A program made the position numbers and the translations under genes. A stretch of DNA of 64,000 bases from Cenococcum geophilum. Taxonomy: Eukaryota. Under the pieces are notes generated by a model. That model made no database searches and was not told where the DNA came from. It saw only the letters and a list, made by a program, of their open reading frames with translations. The stretch spans positions 6,820,001-6,884,000 of the forward strand of contig CP158636.1 in the NCBI GenBank assembly GCA_050273025.1, given 5' to 3'. Position 1 is the first letter of the stretch. Each line of letters opens with the position of its first letter. This document shows, piece by piece, positions 37,950-49,800 of the stretch.

Positions 37950-40900
37950 CTCCCATTTCTCTACCTTTACCTTACCTATTAGCAGGCGAGGATTAATTTT
38001 TAGAAGAATATTAGAGTCTACAAAAGACGCTAGAGTTTAGGTACTAGACATTATTACATCTATCGCCGTATCTATTATTACATCTATTATTACTTCCACT
38101 AAGCTACCGCCAGCGCCGGCGCCGGTGTTACCCTTATCTCTTTTTTACTTCTTCCCGCTAAACATTTTCTAAGTTCTATTATCTAAGGGTGAGCTAGGCG
38201 AATAGCACGGACCAAATAGAAAATTAGGCGTGTGGACCTTACTATATACTAATACTACGTAACTAGGCCATACGGAGAGTCCATTAATCTAAGTATCCTC
38301 CTTTCCCTAGCGGCGGTATTTAGGATATAGAAAGGGCTGCTTAAACATACCTTTTTTTTAGATATAGATTAGTCTAAAATGCCTTATAAGACCTTACCTA
38401 AAAAGAAAGAAGCTAAAATAAATAAGATACCTAAACGGGTCCTTAGCTAGGGTTAAATAGGAGGGGAAATAAGGCGCGTAAATCTTATCATAAACCGTTT
38501 TAACGTAGTTACTCTATATAAACTCGCCCCCGCTAATCTAAGAATCCTCTATCCCTAGGCGGCGGTATTCAGGGCACTAGAAGGGCTGCTTAAATATCCC
38601 ATTCTTAACATAAATCTTTTTATAGTACTTCGTGAGTTCGCTATAGCGGCAATAGACGCTACAGCTAAGAAGGCACCTGGGCTATTCCTTACGACCCCTC
38701 ATTCCCTTCGTTCTAGTTAAAAATAAAAGCGCACCCTACTTACCCTCTACGTTACCCACTTTATCCCTTTTATCCTTTTTATCCTCTTTATCCTCTTTAT
38801 ATATTACCTAACCCATATTATCTACCTTACACTCCAAAGTTTCTGCATCTAAAGACGGGTCCGCTTCTAGCTAGCGAGTTAAGTATCTAATAAGTAGGTT
38901 TATAAACCATTCCAAACACTATTTAAAAGGCCAGTATTCATTAACGTCCTAGGTGCGACTCTATAGAAACCAAGCAACCGCAGCCACCGCGTCATAAAAG
39001 CGCCTCCTTAGAGCGACTTTACCTAAAGCGCCTTTACCTAGAGCGCCCTTACTAGGAGCGGATCCGGCGGTTTATATAGCGGGTATACCTACAGTTAGTA
39101 AACCTAGGGCTCTCAATCCATTAACGCGACTAAAATATTCCGCCCTCTTTTCCTACACCTTTAGAAACAACAAAATCTTAATAATATAGCGGAGCTGCCC
39201 ATTAAGCACCGTCACTACCTTATAATCTCTCGCTCGCTTTACCGCTTCTAGGCTTCCACAAAGATTATATACGTCCTTACGCTATTTAAACTCCCGCAAG
39301 TCCTCCTTACTTAGGCTAATAAAAGCATTTACATTCCTTTATAGGGACATATTACGGAGGCGCTAAAAGAGGGCATTATTCCATCCGGCTATAGATCCGA
39401 AGGCTAACCCTATAAGATCCTCGCGGACGTATTTAGTCTAATAGCTACCTTAGAATACTTAGGTTATATTAAATAAAATATAGTTACGCAGCATATTAGA
39501 GAGAACGCCTAGCGGTTTAAAGAAGTTAGTAGCCATCCCTACTATTTATAGAGTTAAGAAGGAAAGCGGTAGGGAAACGCGCTGCTTAATATATACGTGT
39601 GCATATATATATATTTGCCTTAGATTCTCTTACTATTAAGTCTAGCTCCTACGCCAACCCATAGCATATAAAGGTATAAGTCCTCCCGGAAACCGGCCAA
39701 GAGGCATATTTAGTGCTATAGATAGTTAAAACTTAAGTAAGCAAGTGAAAAAATAGGCCGGTCTAGCATCTCTTTCTTCCACTTTAGTGGGAGGAAGTCT
39801 ACTCCTTTAAGGGCGGGTTAACGGAGTAGCACATTAATAGACTTAAAGCTAGGCTTAAAGGCATTATCTATAATCGCGCGCGTGGCGATAAGGCTAGTAA
39901 GGCATATATTTAGATACGGGACAAGGGTAATAGAAAAGGATATCCTGTTAAAACAGAGGAGGTAAGTAAGGGAAAACAACTAGGGTAGGGCAAGGAGTTC
40001 CTAAAGACGTAGAGTAAGGATAGGGTCGGGCTTACGCGTCAGCTCTAGAGCTATAGCTAGCCCACTTTTTCTTATTCTTCTTAACTACGATTATAGCGAC
40101 AAGCCTCGTCCTTATTTAGTCGTTTAGGTCCCATATAACTGCCAGACTAACTTACTAGTACAGGAGGCGCATTATAGAGGCTGGCCTAAAGCCGCTAATA
40201 CCCGTCATTAGGAGGACAGCATAAAACGCAAGCTAGATGTTAGGCTTATAATTAATATCCCTAGCACGCTCCTATAGCGTGTTAAGGATAATAATAATGT
40301 CTTTAGCTGTTGCCTTAACCTTCTTAAAGGTCTGATTAACTATAAGACTAAGCTCATCTATAAGGCCATTATAGATCTACTAAAAAAGGGGGGGAGGGGT
40401 TAAAATGGATATTCTAACCTTTTTACGCACCTATATAGAGGATCCGTAGAGGGGAATAAGGGGAAAGGGAAGGGGAAGAGGGATAAGAAGGGGGGGCGTA
40501 GGGTTCGTTAGTACAACTAACCTTAGATATCTTAAAGATCGGCCCTTACGCACGCTGCTTAGTATAGTTAATAAACTTTAGTCTCCAAAAAGCCTTATTC
40601 TTAGGATCTTACCGCCTTTTCTCTAGCAGGACTATAGAGTTAGCTTAAGTGATAAGCCCCCTCCAGAACTACGTAACAGAAGAAGCCATATTTACCGTCC
40701 GCCTATATTTATACTCTTACAGTCTAAGAACTAGATATCTTTGCTCTAAGTTCTTAATATACGCCCGGAGAAATACTCAGCAATAATCCTTAGCTATTTT
40801 AGACGCGAGGCATAGGTTAAGCTAGATACTATCCAGGTTTACTTATAGGACGTCTCTAATAAATCTGCATAGAGAGGCGCGCGGGTTAGTAAGGAGAAGG

Positions 40901-41240
40901 CGGCTAGAAACGAAAGGAGAGGCAGAGGAGGGAAGAGTAGTAGGAGACGTTAGACAGATAGGCAAGGGCGTACTTACTTACGATCTCTAGACCACTATAG
41001 TACGATTACAACAGTGGCCCGTCACGTCTATAATCACTAGGCGGTTATCTAGCGGCTAAAAGGCGTATAATTTTAAGGCCAACAAGGCCCTCTACCTCCG
41101 CAACTCCAGGTCATTAGGAAAGCAGCGCTTAGCTTTAGAGGGCCCTATATCTACCTCCTCTAGCGGATATAGATTAATAATAGATATAGGGACAGATATA
41201 GGGATGGATGTGGAGACCGTTATAGAACAGCCATTGCCGT
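37950..41240 (-). pseudogene. Starship captain: DUF3435 tyrosine recombinase with C-terminal zinc-finger-like repeats
   Basis: Reverted multi-exon reading: FEKVEATAEDIIIILDTLWERA...LAFHAVLLMTGISGFRPASMMRL.YQQVSLAV.RDP (catalytic R, ~40190); RAIVDDAF..SF...LPLKWKKEMLDRPIF...LAGFRED..LY.LRVGAGARLDG; intron; VLSDMLRNYILS.TTQVFQGSYQ (catalytic Y region, ~39445); LRNMSL.RD; two C-terminal ..F.QPF.CPE.RR units; IDPRLL. Confidence 0.82.
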
Positions 41241-41870
41241 ATTATACGGTGCCTATCGCTGCCAAAGGGAAGCTAAAGCTGTTTTTAGGGCATAGAAGAA
41301 TAAAAGCGGTAAGGGATAGACGCGGACGGAGAAATTAGAAGGATAGTAGGTGGGCTAACTAGTTAGAAATCGCGATAGCGAACGAGTAAAAAGAGCAGTT
41401 AGAATTTAAGGTTAGGGATAGAGAAGGAGATAAGACTGCTAAAGACTATAGGTGGAACGGCGGGCAAAGGATATATATATATCTCTATCTATCTTAAGGG
41501 GGGCCCAAAATAGGACCCTAGCGGTTAAACTGGGCGTCAAGGGCAGTATAATACGGGAAAAATAGGCCTGCATTTTTGTAGTAGGCTAAGAACATAAAGG
41601 AGGCAGAAGGAAGAAGGCGGCATAGCATAGGCGTATAATTAGGAGCGCTTACGCGGAGGTTAAGAGGAAAAAAAAGTAAGTGAGAAAGAGAGGCGGCAAG
41701 GTTAGAAAACTGGATGGCGTTTTTAATAGAGGCGTAAAACTTTAAAAGGAACGAGAAGTAGGGTTAGGAAAAGAAAATAAATTACTAAATAAGACGGTTA
41801 GTTTTCTGTAAGGGCTACAAAAAAACGTAGATTCTAAGTAATAGCTTGGCAAAATATTTACGGCTCTACA

Positions 41871-42728
41871 GACGGATTTGCATAAAGCTCTACATAAAGC
41901 TCTATATAAAGCTTTACATAAGGCTCTATATAAAGCTCTATATATAAAGGCTCTATATAAGGCTCTATACAAAGCTCTATACAAAGCTCTATATAAAGCT
42001 CTATATAAAGCTTTATATAAGGCTCTATACAAGGCTCTATATAAGGCTCTATATAAGGCTCTATACAAGGCTCTATATAAGGCTCTATATAAGGCTCTAC
42101 ACAAGGCTCTATATAAGGCTCTATATAAGGCTCTACATAAGGCTCTATATAGGGCTCTACACAAAGCTTTGTATATAAAGGCTTTATACAAGGCTCTACA
42201 TAAAGCTCTATATAAGACTCTGCATAAAGCTCTATATAAAGCTCTATACGAAGCTCTACACAAAGCTTTACACAAGGCTCTATACAAAGCTTTACACAAA
42301 GCTCTACGTATAGAGGCTCTGTATAAGGCTCTATATAAAGCTCTACATAAGACTCTATATAAAGCTCTATATAAAGCTCTACATAAAGCTCTATATAAAG
42401 CTTTGCACAAGGCTCTACACAAGGCTCTATACAAAGCTCTACGTATAAAGGCTCTATATAAAGCTCTATATAAAGCTCTATACAAAGCTCTATATAAAGC
42501 TCTATATAAAGCTCTACATAAAGCTCTGCGTAAAGCTCTATATAAAGCTCTACGCAAAGCTCTACATAAAGCTCTACGCAAAGCTTTATATAAAGCTCTA
42601 TATAAAGCTCTATACAAAGCTCTGCGTAAAGCTCTATACAAAGCTCTACACGAAGCTCTATGTATAAAGGCTCTGCACGAGGCTCTACACGAAGCTCTGC
42701 GTACGGAGGCTCTGCACAAAGCTTTACA
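41871..42728 (+). repeat. ~860-bp 12-bp minisatellite (aagctctatata; ancestral aRgctctgcacR) with occasional 15-bp variants
   Basis: Directly visible. Units near 42640-42720 retain tgcac/tgcg while most others are tata. Confidence 0.97.
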
Positions 42729-42864
42729 TAACACATTACTATCAGGTCCCCGCTATATTCCCAATAGCCTCTACACATACACCTAGGTAGCCACCTTATT
42801 TTTTACCCTTCCTTCCTTATATCCTCCCTACCTAGGGAGGCACCAGAACGGCAGCCAGCTAAGG

Positions 42865-42955
42865 ACCGTCGCCAAAACCAGACAACTGTCGACCGTCGCC
42901 AGAACCAGACGACCGTCGTCAGAGCCAGACGACCGTCGCCACAACCAGACAACCA
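42865..42955 (+). repeat. GC-rich ~19-bp repeat (gaccgtcgccagaaccagac), ~4 copies
   Basis: gaccgtcgccaaaaccagac / gaccgtcgccagaaccagac / gaccgtcgtcagagccagac / gaccgtcgccacaaccagac. Confidence 0.85.
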
Positions 42956-43062
42956 CCGTTCGAATGTACAGCCAGCGAACGGCCGTAGAGAACGATTCGA
43001 ATTAATACGATCAATCGAATTAGGCGGAGCCTTTAATTGGGCCGACCTTTCCCCCAAATTAC

Positions 43063-43310
43063 AGACAGGTAGGTATAAACAGTAGCATAGACAGGAGGCA
43101 CAGACGGTAGGCATAGACGGTAGGCATATATAGATAGTAGGCACAGACAGGTAGGCATAGATAGTAGGCATAGACAATAGGCATAGGCAGGTAGGTATAG
43201 GTAGGTATAGATAGATAGATAGGTAGGTAGGTAGGTAGGTAGATATATAGATAGATAAATAGATAGATAGACAGACAGATAGGCAGGTAGGTAGGTAGGC
43301 AGGCAGGCAC
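43063..43310 (+). repeat. Compound tetranucleotide microsatellite (RYAG: gtag/atag/acag/gcag)
   Basis: Directly visible. Confidence 0.9.
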
Positions 43311-43494
43311 TAGGCCTAGTTAGGAAATCAGTACACAGCTAGTAGATTATCAGGAACACCGCTAATTAATAATTTAGAGCTTTTGCGAAAGGCTTCCCCC
43401 TCCTAAGTAGATAGCTCTGTATTTTATATAGTTATAATATAAATATATTTAAAAGTATATTATAGCAATCTGTGGTAATATATAATAATTTAGT

Positions 43495-43602
43495 TATAAT
43501 TTATATAGTTGTTACAATTTGTATAGTTTATACAGTTTGTATAGTTCGTACAGTTTATATAGTTCGTACAGTTTATACAGTTCGTACAGTTTGTACAGTT
43601 TG
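43495..43602 (+). repeat. 10-bp tandem repeat (gtacagtttg / gtacagttcg family)
   Basis: tttgtatagtttatacagtttgtatagttcgtacagtttatatagttcgtacag... Confidence 0.85.
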
Positions 43603-43810
43603 CGCGCTATATAATTATAAGGTAGCAAAATGCTAGCATTAGTTTAGTAGTTAAGTATTTTGCTGCGATTTGCTAGTAGACGCTGCAAACTTATTACGAA
43701 ATGCGCGGTTTATACAAATCGCTAACGACCATATACGACCGCCGCGATCGTACAGTTTGCGGCAATTTGCGGCAAACCGCAACAACCTGCCACAAAAAAA
43801 AATCCTGATG

Positions 43811-46800
43811 TGTGCCCGCACTGTTACTGCAATATTATCTCTTAGTAAGATTATATTATCTCCGTGTTCTAATTATACGAAAGAGGGGTTAGTCTATATT
43901 GCGTTAGTAAGTCCTTCTTTATAATAACCGTCCTCTTATTTAAAGTGTACTAAAGCGAATATTCATTCGTCCTATAACGTTCGCTCTACCTCTAATACTA
44001 AATATGCGCGACCTATTACTCTTAATAGTCGTCTAGTTCCCTAATTAATTTATCTTAGGGTCTTATATTTAATCTACTGCTATACAACTAGATAGTAAAC
44101 TGTCTTAAGCCCTTACTAAGTTAGAATATTCTTATAATGCGGAATAGAAGGCCCTAGATACTTACATCACGGCGTTTACTTAATTACTTCACCTTAAGAA
44201 GGTTTGTAAGAAGGTTTATTCTAAGGAGTAGAAACTAGTAGAATAAGGTTTATAGGAACTTAGCGATAAAAGAACGGATTCTTTTCTAACAGAGAAGGAA
44301 ATAGATCTAAGTAGTTCGGCAACTGCTCTTCTTAGATCCCCCTTAGGTAACTTATTCTTTAGTAATCCTTTTTTATTAATACTACCTAACCTAATTTCTT
44401 CTAATACTCCTATACCTTTCTTATAGCATTCTTTAAATTCTCTAGTAGTTCCTAGGTAGTCTTATTATAGCCTATCTACTTAACCTTATACTATATTTTA
44501 TTATTAACGTCCTTATAGCTAACGATCTTTAAAACTTACTATTTATCTTCTTTTTATCCTCTATACGTGTCTACTTTATAAACTAGTGGCTTAATATTCC
44601 TATATACTAGCTCTAGCATTATAATATACTATATAGAGTAGATCTTTATTTTGGCTAGTAGGTTTAACTTAAACGTAACTAGTGAAATCCTTTACGTAAT
44701 TTTAAAAGGTCCTAGTCTAACGTAGTCTAACTTCTTACTTAGTCGTTAACTCTTAAAATTTTTATATAGTAGCCATACTTTATCTCCCTCCTTAAGATCT
44801 AGTCCCTTAGATCTTTTAGCGTTATAGTACCTTTTTATTCTTTCTTATACCTTCTTTACTAATTCTATAAGGTCTATATAAAGATTTATTAATGTCTTTA
44901 TTCTTTCTTTAGCTATGCTATTTATTTTCTTTACTTACCGTAGTAATAACAATATTCTTAGCTTATATCCGTAATTTGCCTTAAATAGTAATATGCCTAT
45001 TCCTTTTTAAGGTGTTGCATTATATATAAACTATATAACTAGTAATAGCAATACCTAATTATTCTATATATAATTAATATAATGCCTTAGATACTGTTCT
45101 AGTGTCTAATTTAATCTCTCCGTTTAACCGTCTGTCTGCGGATAATATACGGTAGAAGTTACTGCTTAAACTCCTTACTCTGCTAAAAATACTTCCTAGA
45201 ATGCTGCTACGAATCTTAAATCTCTATCCAATATAATCTTATTTAGTACTCCATATCTTATAAATACTTCCTTAACATAAATTCTAGCAACATCTTCCGC
45301 TAATATTTCTTCCGTATATACTATAAAGTATCCCCACTTTATAAGCTTATCTACTATCACTAAGATTACGTTATAATCTTATCCGGTAATAGGATCTCTT
45401 AACTTTAGCAACTTAATAATAAAGTCCTATAATATAACCTCCCATAATCTCTTTGGTATTTTAACAAGTTATAGCCCTCTATATAGCTTATACCTTATTA
45501 GTTTATTTCTTTAGCAATCTAAACACTCCCTTATAACTTTTCTTATTATATTCTAGATTCCATTAATAATATACTCCTCTTAGAGTCTTAACACTAAGCC
45601 CATGGCTCCATTATATCCCTAAGTTAGTCCCTTATAAAAGTCTTCTATAAACTACTCTACTATGCTTCTTAGGATATACTTTACTTCACGGTTTTTATAC
45701 ATATCCGTCTATAGATCTTCTAGCTATACTTCTAGAATTCTTTATACCTAAAAGCTTTTTAGTATCTCGTAGATTCTTTCTAATTTATTATCTTCCCAAG
45801 TTACTACAATTTTTGGATAATTATACCTAATTAATCTATCTATATCTTTTCGCAGTAAAGCCCCTAATGGCTTTTTATCATTTTATAGTTTAGCCTTTTA
45901 ACTTAGAGCGTCTGCTTACGTGTTATCTATACCCTTAGTATACTAAATCTCGAAATAGTATTCTATAAGCATCTCTACCCATCTAACCTATCTTTGGTTA
46001 AGTTCCTTTATTATTAGGAATCCTATTAGGTTCTTATAATCTATCTTAACTATAAATAGTTTCTCTATACCTTATAAAAATGCTCTCTATTTCTTTAGTA
46101 TTATAACTATACCTAATAACTCCTTATTATAGATATTATAGTTTAACTCTAGTAGTATTATCTTCCGACTATAGTATACCACTAGGTGCTATCTATTTTA
46201 ATATTTCTGTATAAAGTATGCCCCTAGTATAAAGTCTAATATATCTATTTTTATAACCGTTTCTAATCCTAGTTAATAGATCTTAAGAACTAGCTCCTAG
46301 GTAAACAATTCTTTAACTCTCTTAAATAGCTCTTATTATTCCTTTCCCTATACCTATAGTTCTTCTTTCTTTATTAATCGCGTAAATAATTTAATATCCT
46401 TTAACTATTATGCTATAAACCTTCTATAGTAATTGCAAAACCCTAGGAACAATCTTAATTATATAACGTTCTCTAGTTCTTACCAATTTACTATAGCCTT
46501 AATCTTCTTTAGATCTATACTAAGTTGGCCTAGTTTAATAATAAATCTAATAAAATTAGTCTTCCTGGTAAAGAACTCGCATTTCTTAATTACTACTAGC
46601 ATTTATTCTTCTTATAGTCTCTTTAAGACCCATTTAACGTATTCCCCATATTCTTCCTTAGTTATTAAGTAGATAATAATATTGTTAAGGTATACCATAA
46701 CAAATTCATCTAAATATTCTCCTAATACATTGTTAATACGCTTCTAAAATATTGCTAGTGCGTTTATAAGCCCGAATTATATAACTAATAGTTTATATAG

Positions 46801-49800
46801 TCCTTCCTTTGACCTAAAGGCTGCCTTTTATTTATTGCCTTCCTTAATCCTAATCTAATAGTACGCTTATCTTAGATCTATCTTTATAAAGACTTACGCG
46901 TTACCTATCCTATCTTAGATTTCGCTAATTAAGGGTAAAGAATACCTATCCTTTCTAGTAATGCTATTTAACTATCTATAGTCGATATATAGCCTTAGTT
47001 TACTATTCTTCTTTAGTATAAACAGTACTGGATATCCCGCTAATAACTGCGATAGTCTAATATATCCCTTTTATAGGTTTTCTTAGATAAACTCTTTTAA
47101 TACTCTACCTTCTTCTTTAGTAAGCTTATAGATTAGAAAGAACCTTAGACTTATTCCTAGTTCCAATTCTATCTTATAGTCCCATACTATATACTCTAAC
47201 AGCTTTTTACTTTTTAGTAACCATAGTTCCTTACTATACTTATAGTATCTTTTTAGTACATAACTTAAGCCTTACTTAGTCTCTTTATATATTGCTCTAA
47301 CCTAGTACTATACCAACTTAGCTTATTATTACATCTTACGGCGTTAAGTATCTCTAATATTAACCTAACCTATAATCCAATTAATCCTTAGATTATATTC
47401 CTGTAACTAAGGTATCCCTAATACTACCTTATCCCTTCCTAATAGTAGGATATTAAAAGATATTCTAATTTGTTTTCCTTTAATAGTTATCTAAATAGGT
47501 CCTGTTTTAAGGTTAATAATCCCTCCTCTATAGGCTATTAGATCTCCTAAAATTATAACTAATAGGTAAGGTTACTCCTTCTATCTATAAGGTAGCCCCA
47601 TTCTCTTAACTACTACTAGTAAAATATAGTTTTACGTTACTCCACTATCTATTAGCGCTTTAAACTGCTAATCTTACTATTTAACTTATAAATTTAGGTG
47701 CCGTCCTTAAATTCCTTTAAGGGTCTAAGGCTCTACCACTAGCTCCCTCTAGTCCTATAGGCCTCCACTTTTCCTAACTATTAGCTGCTTAATCCTATTA
47801 TACTTAGCTTACTCTTTAGCTAATATCTAGTTCGCTTTTTATCTTTAATATACTATAAACACGTGTTTTCTAGGTATTCCCACTACTATTATCCGTCTAG
47901 GTATTCTTCCGTAAGGAATCTTCCTAGTTAAAGTATTAAATTTCCTTCCTCTTAGACTTCTGCTAGATGCTAGCCATATATATACTTAGCATTCCTATAC
48001 TATTGTTTATCTATTATCTAGTATATCCTTATAGGGTATTTCCAATTCTTTTCCTTCGGATTCTTATATATCTCGCATATATTATCCATATATATAATCT
48101 ATAATAGCGTATAGTATACTAGGTACTTTAGGTTAACTTTTAGCTTATCTTCACTCTTAAGTTTAAACCTTTATTATGCTAATCTAAACGTTATAACTTT
48201 ATTTATAGGTACTAAGATGCGTCTCTTACTTCTCTAATCCTTTAATTATTCCTCTAGATCCTTTAACGTTATAATTAAGGCTTCTTTAATATAATTTATG
48301 GCCTTTTCCGTAATTAGGTGGTTCTAGATAACTTTTTTATCTAACTATATATAGAAATCTTCCTACTTATTATTGTGTCGCTGTCTATACCACTTTTGGT
48401 ATAGCTATTAGAGTATATACGGCTTGTCTATAAGGAAGTATCTTCTTATTACTGCATTATAATAGCCCTTTATATATCGTTCTTCGAACCTAGTTAGGAT
48501 CCCTAAATCCTCTTCATTTTCCAATTTAGTAAGCCACTTAGCTCTTAATATGCCTACTCTTAGCCTATTAGTGATTCTTTATACTAGCGCTCTATCCCTT
48601 ATACGTCCTAATATACTAGATCTCTTATCTAGTTTCTATTCTTGCTATGCAATAATTCTTTACCTAAACTCTTCTATAGTTTCCTTTGGTTTACGTCTTA
48701 TAGATTAATCCTTAAAGTCTTCTTACTTCTTAATCTTAGTATTAACTTTTTAATCTTTAGGCCAAACACTGTGTTCCCCTAGTAAGTCTTCTAGGTCTAT
48801 ATATCTGTCTCCTAGTCTAATCATTATTTGCACTATAGATTCTCTAATCTATAAAGAAGCTTCTTACCTCTTACTTATAGGTGTCCTAATTTATACTCCG
48901 AATTCTTAGTCCCTTAGATTCTTTAATCCTAAGCTTACTTCTAACTTAAGCTTAGCTCTAGCCTTAGTCCAACTAGGCTTACTTAGTATTCTTATTTTAT
49001 CTTAAAAGTCTTAAATCTCACTTATCTCGTCTTAAGAATCTTATGCCTTTAGGAAACTTCGTCCTAAGCTTATTCGTATATTACTGAACTAAGCTATTGC
49101 TCTGCTCTATCGGTTATCGTCCGTTATAGGTCCTTAAGCTTACCTTATCTCGTCTTAAGAATCTTGGTCGTCTTACATCTTATTATAAGAATCTTAAGCC
49201 TTTGGCCTTTTGCCTTTATTAAGTGCCGAAGTGGCTCGCTGTTTTACTTCTCTTATATCTTATAAAGCGATAGATATTGTGTCTAGTGGGGTCTTAATCC
49301 CTACTAATGTTCCCTATTCTATAGTGGAATCATCCTCTACTTCTAGTATAACATCTCCAATAGCTGCGTATTCCTAGTAAACCGCCTTTATTACCTTATT
49401 GTTATGGAATGCTTTACCTTTATCAAATTTATTGTCCTTAATATCCGATCTATAAGCTAGTTCGTTAGTTCCTCTATATCCTATAGGTGCTGGCTCTTAT
49501 AGCTAATAGCTTGCGCCGTACTTAGCATCTTTATAAATTTGGTATATATTATTGTAATAAAACGCAAAACTTCTAATTAAACATTCTTTTATTCCTCGCA
49601 GCACATTATCGTCCCTCTATACGTGTATATCGTCTACTAATCTTGTCCCTTTTACTATATAGTAACTCTAACTACTTCTATAGTCTCTAACATAATAACC
49701 CTATTTTCCGCAATTTATATAAACTCCCTCTTTAAACCATTTTTCTTGCTATAGAGTCCGCCTAAACGTCTTCTGCTGCTAAGATCCCTAGTTTAGCCTC

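Larger units (their letters stand above)
1..43810 (-). mobile_element. RIP-inactivated Starship-like giant transposon (captain end on the right; left end probably outside the window)
   Basis: DUF3435 captain relic at ~37950-41240 (minus) with an adjacent DUF3723 relic, plus downstream cargo classes typical of Starships (patatin phospholipase, NLR, FunK1 kinase, ankyrin genes). All are uniformly RIP-mutated. The right boundary is inferred and lies somewhere in 41300-43810. Confidence 0.75.

Noticed and set aside
41742..42786. Three long ORFs (302-330 aa) on both strands
   Set aside because: They arise from a stop-free 12-bp minisatellite, and the translations are pure repeats.
42803..43310. 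ORFs 42803-43177 and 43059-43310
   Set aside because: They are translations of microsatellite and short-repeat DNA.
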